A stretch of DNA of 16,767 bases, taken from positions 1 to 16,767 of the forward strand of contig JANOEP010000020.1 in the NCBI GenBank assembly GCA_031441465.1. The letters run 5' to 3'. This stretch comes from a bacterium (GTDB taxonomy: Bacteria; Krumholzibacteriota; Krumholzibacteriia; LZORAL124-64-63). The translations under genes were made by a program, and so were the position numbers. Below, piece after piece: positions 6,984-15,983 of this stretch (positions are counted from its first letter, which is position 1; each line of letters starts with the position of its first letter). Below the pieces are notes generated by a model. That model saw only the letters and a list, made by a program, of their open reading frames with translations. It was not told the DNA's origin and did no database searches.

Positions 6984-8584
6984 ACCGACGCCGCCGCGCT
7001 CTGCTGAGCGTGACCGACAAGTCCCGCCTCGGCGAACTCGCCCGCGCCCTGGACGGCCGCGGCTACGAGCTGGTCGCGAGTGGGGGCACCGCGATTGCGT
7101 TGCGCGACGAGGGGCTCGCCGTGCGCGACGTGAGCGAGCTGACGGGCTTCCCGGAGATCTTCGGCGGTCGGATCAAGACCCTGCACCCGCTGGTCTTCGG
7201 CGGCATCCTCGGACCGGACGAGGCGGCGTTGACCCAAGCCGCCGGGCTGGGCGTGCTGCCCTTCGACGTGGTCGTGGTCAACCTCTACGACTTCGGCGCG
7301 GCGGTCGACGCCGGCGCGGACGAAGCGGCCGCGATCGAGAAGATCGACATCGGCGGGCCGTCCCTGCTGCGCGCCGCCGCCAAGAACCACGCCCGCGTCT
7401 GCGTGCTGCCGGACCCGGCGTTCTACGACGACTTCCTCGAGGCCATCGCCGGCGACACGGGTTTCCCGGACCTGGAATTCCGCCGCAACATGGCGGCGGC
7501 GACCTTCGCCGTCACGGCGGACTACGACGCCGCGATCGCGGACTGGTTCGTCGGCGGGCACGCCTGCTGCGACGACCCCGATCACGACCACGATCACGAA
7601 CACGAGCAGATCCTCGGCATCGAACTGCGTTACGGCGAGAATCCCCACCAGAAGGCCGAGCTGATGCTCCCCGGCGACGACACCGACGACCCGCTGGCCG
7701 GGATGGGCCTGCAACAGCTCAGCGGGAAGGAACTGTCCTTCAACAACCTCATGGACGTCGTCGCGGCCGTGAAGCTCGTCGACGACCTCGACGTCGTCGA
7801 TCCCGAAGTCGTCGATCCCGAGGGCGGCGATCGCGTGGCCTGCGCCGCGATCAAGCACACCAACCCCTGCGGCGTCGGCCTCGGGACGACGGCGGCGCAG
7901 GCCCTCGCGCGCGCCTTGCTCTGCGATCCCGACGCCGCGTTCGGCGGCGTCTTCGTCTTCACCGGCGAGGTCGACGCCGGGGCCGCCGCGGAACTGCACG
8001 CGCGTTTCTGCGAGGTGATCGTCGCGCCCTCCTTCTCCGATGACGCCCTGGAACTCCTCGGCCGCAAGAAGAACCTGCGCCTGCTCAGCCTGGACCGCGA
8101 CGCGTTCCGCGCCGCGACCTGGGGCCAGGTGCGCATCTTCGGCGATGTGCAGCTGCACCAGGACGAGGACGAGGGCTTCCCCGAGCTGGAGACCTGGCGC
8201 CACGTCGCCGGCCCGGCGCCGGACGCGCGCACCGCCGACGCCTTGCGCCTGCTGTGGCGGATCTGCAAGCACGTCAAGAGCAACGCCGTCCTGCTGGGCG
8301 ACGCCGCCGGTACGCTCGGTGTTGGCGCCGGGCAGATGAGTCGCGTCGACAGCGTGCGGCTGGCGGTCCGCAAGGCGGCCGACCGGAGCCTCGACCTGAC
8401 GGGCTGCGCCTGCGCCTCGGACGCGTTCTTCCCGTTCCCGGACGGCATCGAACAGCTGCACGCCGCCGGCGTGCGCGCGGTGGTCGCGCCGGCGGGCTCG
8501 ATCCGCGACGCCGACGTGATCGCGACCGCCGAGCGGCTGGGCGTGACCCTCATGCACACCGACCGCCGCCACTTCCGCCACTGA
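6962..8584 (+). CDS. purH: bifunctional AICAR transformylase / IMP cyclohydrolase
   Basis: Motifs ALLSVTDKS, SGGTA, GRIKTLHP, IEKIDIGGPSLLRAAAKN, LRYGENPHQ, KHTNPCG, KSNA, GAGQMSRVDS, ASDAFFPF and terminal RHFRH. ATG at 6962 follows a GAGGAGG RBS and overlaps the end of purC. Confidence 0.96.
   Translation: MAPGSDLNRRRRALLSVTDKSRLGELARALDGRGYELVASGGTAIALRDEGLAVRDVSELTGFPEIFGGRIKTLHPLVFGGILGPDEAALTQAAGLGVLPFDVVVVNLYDFGAAVDAGADEAAAIEKIDIGGPSLLRAAAKNHARVCVLPDPAFYDDFLEAIAGDTGFPDLEFRRNMAAATFAVTADYDAAIADWFVGGHACCDDPDHDHDHEHEQILGIELRYGENPHQKAELMLPGDDTDDPLAGMGLQQLSGKELSFNNLMDVVAAVKLVDDLDVVDPEVVDPEGGDRVACAAIKHTNPCGVGLGTTAAQALARALLCDPDAAFGGVFVFTGEVDAGAAAELHARFCEVIVAPSFSDDALELLGRKKNLRLLSLDRDAFRAATWGQVRIFGDVQLHQDEDEGFPELETWRHVAGPAPDARTADALRLLWRICKHVKSNAVLLGDAAGTLGVGAGQMSRVDSVRLAVRKAADRSLDLTGCACASDAFFPFPDGIEQLHAAGVRAVVAPAGSIRDADVIATAERLGVTLMHTDRRHFRH
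7793..7822 (+). repeat. 15-bp in-frame tandem duplication inside purH (VVDPE x2)
   Basis: gtcgtcgatcccgaa / gtcgtcgatcccgag, one mismatch. Confidence 0.8.
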
Positions 8585-8639
8585 GCGGCACGTGGCACGG
8601 ACCGCGGAGACCGGGGCGGACGACCCGAGCAGGAGGACC

Positions 8640-10199
8640 ATGACGCACGCGAGCGGCCACCACGATCAGCCCCAGGTGGCGGTCCTGGACTACGGTTCCC
8701 AGTACACCCAGCTCATCGCGCGCCGCTTGCGCGAACTCGGGGTCTTCAGCGAGATCACGCCGTTCTCGCGGGCCCACGAGTTGTTCGGCCGCGAGGACGT
8801 GCGCGGGATCGTGCTGTCCGGCGGTCCTTCCTCGGTCGACGACCCGGGTGCGCCGGACCTCGACGCCGAATTGCTGGCGGCCGGCAAGCCCCTGCTCGGC
8901 ATCTGCTACGGCATGCAGCTGATCTGCCGCCGCCTCGGCGGCGCCCTGGAAGCCTCCGATCGCCGGGAATACGGCCCGGCGCAGATCGAGCGGCTGGCGC
9001 AGGATCCCCTGTTCGACGGCACGCCGGCGGCGCAGTCGGTGTGGATGAGCCACGGCGATCGCGTCGCCCGCCTGCCCGAGGGCTTCGTCGCCCTGGCGAG
9101 CTCCCGGTCGATCCCCTTCGCCGCGGCCGGCGACCCCGCGCGGCGCATCTACGTCGTGCAGTTCCATCCCGAGGTCGTGCACACCGAGCACGGGCTGACC
9201 CTGCTGAGCAACTTCGCCCGCGGCGTCTGCGGCATCGAGGGCGACTGGTCCGCCGCCCACTTCGTGGCCGGTTCGATCGCGGAGATCCGTGAGCGGGTCG
9301 GCGACGGGCGGGTGCTGTGCGGAGTCTCGGGCGGCGTCGACTCCACCGTGGTGGCTTCGCTGATCGATCAGGCCGTCGGCGACCGCCTGCACGCCGTCTT
9401 CGTGGACAACGGGCTGCTGCGACTGGGGGAGGCCGACGAGGTCGAGCACAACCTCAACGCCTTCCTGCACCGGCCCGTGAAGCGCGTCGACGCGGGCGAT
9501 CGCTTCCTGTCCGCCCTGCGCGGCGCCGAGGAACCGGAACGCAAGCGCAAGCTCATCGGCGGGACGTTCATCGAGGTCTTCAAGGAGGCGACGCGGGACC
9601 TGGGCGAGGTCGCGTTCCTCGCGCAGGGGACGCTGTACCCGGACCGCATCGAATCGGTCTCGATCAACGGCCCGAGCCACGTCATCAAGTCGCACCACAA
9701 CGTCGGCGGCCTGCCCGCCGAGTTGGGGTTCGAGCTGATCGAACCCTTGCGCGACCTGTTCAAGGACGAGGTGCGGGCCGTGGGGCGCAGCCTGGGCATC
9801 CCCGAGAGCCTGCTCATGCGCCACCCGTTCCCCGGACCGGGGCTGGGCGTGCGCATCCTCGGCGAGGTGTCGCCGGAAAAAATCCGGCTGCTGCAGCTCG
9901 CCGACCATATCTTCATCCAGGAGTTGCGCGACTCCGGCCAGTACGAGCGCATCTGGCAGGCGGGCGCCGTGCTGCTGCCCGTGCGCACCGTCGGCGTGAT
10001 GGGCGACCGGCGCACCTACGAAGCGGTGGTGGCCCTGCGGGCGGTGACCAGCCTGGACGGGATGACCGCCGATTGGGCCCGCGTCCCGGACGACGTGCTG
10101 GCCCGGGTCAGCAACCGCATCATCAACGAAGTGCCCGGCATCAACCGCGTCGTCTACGACATCAGCAGCAAACCCCCGAGCACCATCGAGTGGGAATGA
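8640..10199 (+). CDS. guaA: glutamine-hydrolysing GMP synthase
   Basis: GATase motifs LDYGSQYTQLIARR, LSGGP, GICYGMQ and QFHPEV. ATP-PPase motifs SGGVDS, QGTLYPD, IKSHHNVGG, RHPFPGPGLG and terminal YDISSKPPSTIEWE. ATG at 8640 follows AGGAGG at 8631-8636. Confidence 0.97.
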   Translation: MTHASGHHDQPQVAVLDYGSQYTQLIARRLRELGVFSEITPFSRAHELFGREDVRGIVLSGGPSSVDDPGAPDLDAELLAAGKPLLGICYGMQLICRRLGGALEASDRREYGPAQIERLAQDPLFDGTPAAQSVWMSHGDRVARLPEGFVALASSRSIPFAAAGDPARRIYVVQFHPEVVHTEHGLTLLSNFARGVCGIEGDWSAAHFVAGSIAEIRERVGDGRVLCGVSGGVDSTVVASLIDQAVGDRLHAVFVDNGLLRLGEADEVEHNLNAFLHRPVKRVDAGDRFLSALRGAEEPERKRKLIGGTFIEVFKEATRDLGEVAFLAQGTLYPDRIESVSINGPSHVIKSHHNVGGLPAELGFELIEPLRDLFKDEVRAVGRSLGIPESLLMRHPFPGPGLGVRILGEVSPEKIRLLQLADHIFIQELRDSGQYERIWQAGAVLLPVRTVGVMGDRRTYEAVVALRAVTSLDGMTADWARVPDDVLARVSNRIINEVPGINRVVYDISSKPPSTIEWE

Positions 10200-10215
10200 G
10201 GTCCGACGAAACGCG

Positions 10216-13011
10216 ATGACCACGCGCCTGCGCATCTGCCTGCACCTGGCCGTGGCGGCCGCCCTCTGGGGGGCGGCTTCGTCCGTCACGGCGCAGACGG
10301 CCGATCCTCACCGCCCCGACGATCCCGCGCTGGCGGCTTGGCGCGAGGGGCGCCGCGCCGCGATGAAGGCGCGTGCCCTGGACAAGGACTCGCCGGCGGA
10401 ATTCGGGCTGCTCGTCATCCCGGTGGATTTCGACGGCGAGCGCCTGCCCGCGGCCTGGGAAGCCGCGCGCGATCTCGCGCCGCGCCTGCTGGAGGGACGC
10501 GGCTCGCTGGCCGGCTACGTGGCCGAGGCGTCCCGGGGCCGGCTGAGCCTGCGCCTGGTGCTGGCGCCGCTGGTGCACCTCCCCGGTTTGCCGCGCGACT
10601 ATTCCGATCTCGGCCTGCAGGGCTTCTTCAACACGCGGATGCTGGCGCAACAGTCGCTCTGGGAGGCGGCCGAGGCGGGGGTGCCGTTCGCGGCGGCCGA
10701 CCGCGACGGCGCCGACGGGGTGCCGGGCAGCCCCGACGACGACGGCGAGGTCGACGGCGTGCTCATCCTGCACGCCGAATCAGGCTGGGAAGGCGACCCC
10801 GCGGGGGTGGTCGTGCCCTTGCAGTACTTCCTGGAATATCCGGTCGTCGAGTCGGGAACGGCCGCGCGCAACTACGCCGTGGCCAGCCTGCACAGCGGGC
10901 TGGGCATCTGGGCCCACGAGACGGCCCACCTCTTCGGTCTGGATGACCGCTACGACGTGTTCCTGCCCGGCACGGGGGAGGCCACGGCACGCGGCGGGCT
11001 CGGCGCCTTCAGCCTGATGGCGGCCGGCGCCCGCGACGGCGCCGACGACGACGCGCCGGCGCTGCCGGACGCCGAGAGTTCCTTGCTGCTCGGCTGGCGC
11101 GACGAACGCGTCCTGGTCGGGCGGGGACCCGGCCCCGAGATCCTGCCGGCGGGCGAAGTCTGGCGCCTGCCCGCGGGGCCGCTCAATCCCGGGCAGTGGT
11201 TCCTGCTGGAAAGGCGCGGCGGTACGCCGCCCTGGGATCCGCTCCTGCCGGAACCGCGGCTGGTGGTCTACCACGTCGACGGCGACTTGCCCGACGATGC
11301 GCAGTCGGCGCTGGGCACGCGGCATTTGCGGGTCCGGCTCGTCGAAGCCGACGGTGACCAGGACGTGGCGGCCGGCCTCGTCGCCGGTGATGCGGGGGAC
11401 GCGTTTTCCGCCGGCGCCGGTCCGGTGTCCTGGAACGCCGCCACCACGCCGTCGAGCCACGGCTACCTGGGGCCGAGCGGCGTGGCCTGCACCCTGATGC
11501 AGGACGGGGACGAACTGCGGGTGGACTGGGCGACGACCGGGCACCGGCTCACGCTCGAGCTGCGGATCGTGCCGGCGCCCGGGGACACCCTGGTGGACCT
11601 GGTGGTCCGCGATCCCGACCTGTCCAGCGGTCCGTTCGCCGTCACGCTCGCCATCGCCGGCGGCGCCTCGCCCTGGGGCGAATTCGCGCCGGGCGTGGCC
11701 GCCGTCGGGCGCGAACTGAGCGAAACCGCGCCGGGGGAATGGCGTCCGGCGACGCCAGTCCGCTGGTTGCCCGCCGGCGAGCCGCCGGCCGGCGCCACGA
11801 CGGCCTTCGTGACGGAGCTGCGGCGTGACGGTGACGTTCTGGGGTCCGAATCCCGGCAATGGCTCTGGCGGGAGGCCGACGCCCCCTTCTCCACCGCGGA
11901 CTGGCCCGGCGACTGGGAGGTGCTCGCCGACGGCGGCACGACCTGGCACCTGTGGGGTGGCGACCTGCCCTCGCCGGTCCTGGCCTGCACGGACGCCGCG
12001 GCCACGTCGCCGGCCGTCTGGCCCGAGGTGACGTACCAGAACGGCGACGAAGCCATCCTGATCAGCCCATCCTGGCGCGGCTCCGGTCGCGCCCTGCGCG
12101 TCATCCACGCGTTGGACGCCCAGCTGTGGAGTCCCGGCCTCGGCGCGGACGGCGCGGTGCTGGAGGCCGTCGCCCTCGACGGTTCGATCGTCGCGCTGGA
12201 ACCGGCCGGCGGTTACCCTGGAGCCATCGCGCGGGACGTCGATAATCCGCTGTTCGGACGCCCCGCGTTCATCGGTCCGGGCACGCTGCTCGCCGGCGAC
12301 AGCCCGCTCTGGCGTGCCGATGTGGTGCCCTTGCCCGACGCGCTGGACGACGGGGGCCGCTTGCGCCTGCGCTTCGCGAGCGACCCGCTCTGGCGTGGCC
12401 GTGGCTGGCTCATCGCCGACCTCGCGCTGGTTCCCGCCGCGGATGCCGAACGGCCCTGCCGCGCCGTCTGGGATCGCCAATACGACGGGCTCATGGTGAC
12501 CTGGCCCTGGGAGACGCCGACCATGCTCGCCGTCGAGTTCAGTCTCGATCGTGGCGGGAATTGGACCACGGCGTGGGAGGGAACGCCCACCGCCGGCCCC
12601 AGTGCCGGCTCGTATTTCGTGCCGGCTCAGCGCTTGGCTGTGCCCGGCGGCGCCGCGGCCGCGCGCGCCCTGGTGCGGGCGAGGCTCCGCGTGCCGGTCG
12701 GGGAGGTGGCCACCCCCGCCGCCTATTACGACTCACCCTCGCCGGAGGCGGCGACCTTGGGGTGGCCGACCCCGAATCCCGGCTGCGGCCTGATCCGTCT
12801 ACCGGTGTCCCTGGCGGCCGGCATGGCCCGCCTGACGATCCACGACCTTCGTGGTCGTCGTGTCCGCACCTGGACCCTGGCGACGGGCGACTACCTCGTC
12901 GCTTGGGACGGCCGGGACGACGAGGGGCGGCGGTTGGCGGCCGGCGCCTATATCGTGCGCTTGGAGCAGGCAGGTTCGGTCATGACCCGAAAGGCGACCC
13001 TGGTACGATGA
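10216..13011 (+). CDS. secreted M6-family (immune inhibitor A-like) zinc metalloprotease with C-terminal FlgD-Ig/T9SS-like sorting domain
   Basis: Signal peptide, LLVIPVDF, Asp-rich DRDGADG...DDDGEVDGVLILHA, zinc motif HETAHLFGLDDRY (HExxHxxGxxD type, from 10915), GLGAFSLMAAG, a beta-sandwich motif LRFASD...GWLIADL, and C-terminal PNP...LTIHDLRGRRVRT...WDGRDDEGRRLAAGAYIVRL...RKATLVR. Confidence 0.78.
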   Translation: MTTRLRICLHLAVAAALWGAASSVTAQTADPHRPDDPALAAWREGRRAAMKARALDKDSPAEFGLLVIPVDFDGERLPAAWEAARDLAPRLLEGRGSLAGYVAEASRGRLSLRLVLAPLVHLPGLPRDYSDLGLQGFFNTRMLAQQSLWEAAEAGVPFAAADRDGADGVPGSPDDDGEVDGVLILHAESGWEGDPAGVVVPLQYFLEYPVVESGTAARNYAVASLHSGLGIWAHETAHLFGLDDRYDVFLPGTGEATARGGLGAFSLMAAGARDGADDDAPALPDAESSLLLGWRDERVLVGRGPGPEILPAGEVWRLPAGPLNPGQWFLLERRGGTPPWDPLLPEPRLVVYHVDGDLPDDAQSALGTRHLRVRLVEADGDQDVAAGLVAGDAGDAFSAGAGPVSWNAATTPSSHGYLGPSGVACTLMQDGDELRVDWATTGHRLTLELRIVPAPGDTLVDLVVRDPDLSSGPFAVTLAIAGGASPWGEFAPGVAAVGRELSETAPGEWRPATPVRWLPAGEPPAGATTAFVTELRRDGDVLGSESRQWLWREADAPFSTADWPGDWEVLADGGTTWHLWGGDLPSPVLACTDAAATSPAVWPEVTYQNGDEAILISPSWRGSGRALRVIHALDAQLWSPGLGADGAVLEAVALDGSIVALEPAGGYPGAIARDVDNPLFGRPAFIGPGTLLAGDSPLWRADVVPLPDALDDGGRLRLRFASDPLWRGRGWLIADLALVPAADAERPCRAVWDRQYDGLMVTWPWETPTMLAVEFSLDRGGNWTTAWEGTPTAGPSAGSYFVPAQRLAVPGGAAAARALVRARLRVPVGEVATPAAYYDSPSPEAATLGWPTPNPGCGLIRLPVSLAAGMARLTIHDLRGRRVRTWTLATGDYLVAWDGRDDEGRRLAAGAYIVRLEQAGSVMTRKATLVR

Positions 13012-15194
13012 AGCGAATGCTCACGACGATGCTGTGCCTCGCCGCCATGACCTCGGTGTCCGGCGCCACGCTGCTGGTGGACCCGTGCCTGGAGGATTTT
13101 CGCGTCGGCGACCTCCCGACCGGTCCCGCCGCCTACACGCCGCAGGGCTGGGCCGGCAATCTCTTCGAGCGCCCCGCCTGGTCACCGCAGTGGAGCGAGG
13201 CCTGGGACCGGCTGTTCCAGTTGTCGGATGAGGAGCGCTCCCGCCTACCGACCTGGCCGTTTTTCGTGGCGATCAGCGGGGACGACACCCTGCAAGCCGA
13301 TCGCTGGTGGGACGAGCTGGCCGCCACCTGGCAGGAGGTGCGTCAGGGGCGGGAGCCGACCGCTCCGGAGTCGTCGGGTCGGAACTGGTTGGCCTTCGAG
13401 CAGCGGAGTCTCGCGGTGTTCCATGCCCTGGACCGGGGGGACACGGCGGCGGCGTTCATCGCCGCCGAGTCGGTCCTGGCCTTGGAAGACCTGGATGACG
13501 AGTCGCGCTTGATCTGGAGTCTGCGGCGCCGGTCGCTGGCCGGACCGCCGGGCGACGCGGGTCCCTGGGACGAACTGCTCGCACTGCACGCCTGTGATCG
13601 CGACACCGGCTGGGATCTCTGGCGCGCCCGCGCCGCCGCGACCGGCCTCGACCCGCTGACCCTGCCGTCCCAGCCCGCCCGCTGGGCGCGCTGGCTGGTG
13701 GCGGCCGGGGATGACGCGCTCGCGGCGAACCAGCTCGAACGCCTGGTCGTGCCCGCCGAGGTCAAGGCCGGACTCGGCGCCCGGCTGCTGGCGGGGGCGG
13801 AGTTGCGCCGCCACTTCCAGTCCCACCCGCTGCCGCCGACCGACGACGAACTGCAGGACTGGTGGCTCCAGGGGCGCCTGCGGCTGGCCGGCTCGTCGGC
13901 CGAAGCCGCGGAAGAGCTGGCGGCTTTGCCGGGGTTGGCCCCCGCCAACCGCGCCGGACTGCTGCGGCGAGCCGCCGACCGCCGGGCCGGGGAGGGGTTG
14001 TGGGGTGCGGCCCTCGCCGATTTCCGCACGGCCCTGTTGGTGGCCGAGAGGTCGGGGAAGCCCGCAGTCCTGAGCCGCGTGCGCGCCGAGGTCGATCGCG
14101 CGCGATCGCTGGCGGACCAGCAGGGGCGTCCCGACATCCGGGCCGAACTGGACGCGCTCTGGAGTCCGCCCGCGGCGCGGGAATCCGACGGGCCACGCGT
14201 TGCCGCCGCCCGTGCGAAAGTGCGGCGGGGAAACGCGCCGGACCTCGGCGTGCGCGGCCAGACGGATTTCCCCGTGCGCGCCCGCGGCGTCGAGGCGGCC
14301 GTCTGGCGCGTCTGGGCGCGGCAGGGCCGGGCGCTGACGCTGATCCGAGCCGGGGATGCCGCGGCCGCCGCCTACGATTCCCTGCTCGCGTCCGTCCTGG
14401 CGGCGGATCGGCTCACGACCCAGCGTCGGGGGGCGGCGGCGGCCTGCGGCTCCGTGCTGGCGTCGGCCGGTTGCGGCGATCGCCTCGGGCTCTGGCTGCT
14501 GGCGTCGGCGGCGGCGGCAGCGGGTCCCGTGCTGCCGCCCAGCGAGTCGTCGCCCGTGCCCGCGCTGGTGGAAGCGCACGACGACGACCTCGTGCGGCAC
14601 GCACTTTACGGCGCCGCCCTGCTGGCCGGCGATGACCGGGGCCGCTTGGCCGCCGGCATGCGGACGCCGCGCGGCATGCTGAGCGAGGACGAGCGCCTGT
14701 TGCTGGTCTTTCCGGTGCCGTCGCTCGGTGCGGTGACCAGCCATCTCGCTGCAGGAGCCGAACCCCGGCTCGCCCTGGCCGTGGCGCGCAACGAGTCCCT
14801 CTTCGATCCGGCGGTGAGGTCGCACGCCGGCGCCCTGGGCTACATGCAGATCATGCCGTTCCACTACCGCGACGGGGCGCGCCGCGCCGGCGACGTCGAG
14901 TGGAGGCGGAGCGTGACGTCGCTGGAGAAGGGGCGCGCCTTGCTGGGCGAGAACGCGCGCCGGTACCGGGGCGACCCCTACCGGACCCTGGCCGCCTACA
15001 ACGCCGGACCGGCCGCCGTGGGCCGCTGGTCGGGCCAATTGGGCCGCCGGGCCAGCCGCCAGGCGTTCCTGGAATGGATCGGCTACGCCGAGACGCGCCA
15101 GTACGTGGAGAAGGTTTTAATTGACCGGGAGGTCTACGACTGGATACTTAACGACGCCGTCGGCACGCTCGGTGCCGGTGTCGATCTGGACTGA
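13008..15194 (+). CDS. exported Slt-type lytic transglycosylase (long helical N-terminal region + C-terminal SLT domain)
   Basis: ATG overlaps the upstream stop (ATGA, 13008-13011). Signal-peptide-like MKRMLTTMLCLAAMTSVSG. SLT motifs AVARNESLFDP, SHAGALGYMQIMP, LAAYNAG and ETRQYVEKV. Confidence 0.85.
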   Translation: MKRMLTTMLCLAAMTSVSGATLLVDPCLEDFRVGDLPTGPAAYTPQGWAGNLFERPAWSPQWSEAWDRLFQLSDEERSRLPTWPFFVAISGDDTLQADRWWDELAATWQEVRQGREPTAPESSGRNWLAFEQRSLAVFHALDRGDTAAAFIAAESVLALEDLDDESRLIWSLRRRSLAGPPGDAGPWDELLALHACDRDTGWDLWRARAAATGLDPLTLPSQPARWARWLVAAGDDALAANQLERLVVPAEVKAGLGARLLAGAELRRHFQSHPLPPTDDELQDWWLQGRLRLAGSSAEAAEELAALPGLAPANRAGLLRRAADRRAGEGLWGAALADFRTALLVAERSGKPAVLSRVRAEVDRARSLADQQGRPDIRAELDALWSPPAARESDGPRVAAARAKVRRGNAPDLGVRGQTDFPVRARGVEAAVWRVWARQGRALTLIRAGDAAAAAYDSLLASVLAADRLTTQRRGAAAACGSVLASAGCGDRLGLWLLASAAAAAGPVLPPSESSPVPALVEAHDDDLVRHALYGAALLAGDDRGRLAAGMRTPRGMLSEDERLLLVFPVPSLGAVTSHLAAGAEPRLALAVARNESLFDPAVRSHAGALGYMQIMPFHYRDGARRAGDVEWRRSVTSLEKGRALLGENARRYRGDPYRTLAAYNAGPAAVGRWSGQLGRRASRQAFLEWIGYAETRQYVEKVLIDREVYDWILNDAVGTLGAGVDLD

Positions 15195-15214
15195 CCCGAG
15201 GCCAGTGCGTTTCT

Positions 15215-15895
15215 ATGACTATGAACGACAATGAGTTGCCACACTCGCCCCCGGTCCGGACCTGGCGCGACAGCGTGGAGTGGGGTCGCAAGGCCATCCA
15301 CGTCAGTTCGACGGTATTGGCCGTCTGGGTCCTGTCGGTACCCGATCCGTGGACCACGGCCGGCCTGGCGGCGGCGACCCTGTTCGTTATGGCCGTGGAC
15401 TTCGCCCGGCTGCGCATGAAGCGCTGGGCGCTCTGGTTCTACCGGAAATTCCCGCTGATCTTCCGGCGCGACGAGCGCCACGACCTGTCCGGCGGCTCGG
15501 TGATGATGATCGGCGCGACGCTGGCCTCGTTCCTGTTCCCGCCGGCGCCGGCGGCAGCCGGCATCCTCTGCCTGGCGTGGGGGGACTCGGCGGCGGCGGT
15601 GGTGGGGCAGGCGGTCTCGTTCCGGCGTCGCCAGTTGGGACTCGAGCGCGACGACGGCACGCGGGCGCCCGTGGTGATCCGCCGGCGCGGCAAGACCTGG
15701 GTCGGCACCTTCGCCTGCTTTGCGGCCTCGTGCCTCGTGACGGCCCTGGTGCTGCACGGCGAACCCGCGTTCGCGCTGGCGACGGGCGCCGTCGCCGCGG
15801 CGATGGAGCGCTGGACGCCGGGCCGCTGGGACAACCTGACGATCCCGCTGGCGTCGGCGGCGGCGATCCAGTTCTGCCACACCTGGCTGCGCTGA
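15215..15895 (+). CDS. CTP-dependent polyprenol/phytol/dolichol (diacylglycerol) kinase-family membrane protein
   Basis: Family motifs RKAIH, R.DE...[22 protein letters not shown] and DNLTIP in a multi-TM hydrophobic protein. Confidence 0.8.
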   Translation: MTMNDNELPHSPPVRTWRDSVEWGRKAIHVSSTVLAVWVLSVPDPWTTAGLAAATLFVMAVDFARLRMKRWALWFYRKFPLIFRRDERHDLSGGSVMMIGATLASFLFPPAPAAAGILCLAWGDSAAAVVGQAVSFRRRQLGLERDDGTRAPVVIRRRGKTWVGTFACFAASCLVTALVLHGEPAFALATGAVAAAMERWTPGRWDNLTIPLASAAAIQFCHTWLR

Positions 15896-15983
15896 ACACG
15901 CTTGGCTGAGCCGGCCGTGCCCGGCGGCGCCGACCACATCTGGCTGCGCTGTCGGGCGCGCCGCAACGGAGGATCGACCCGCG

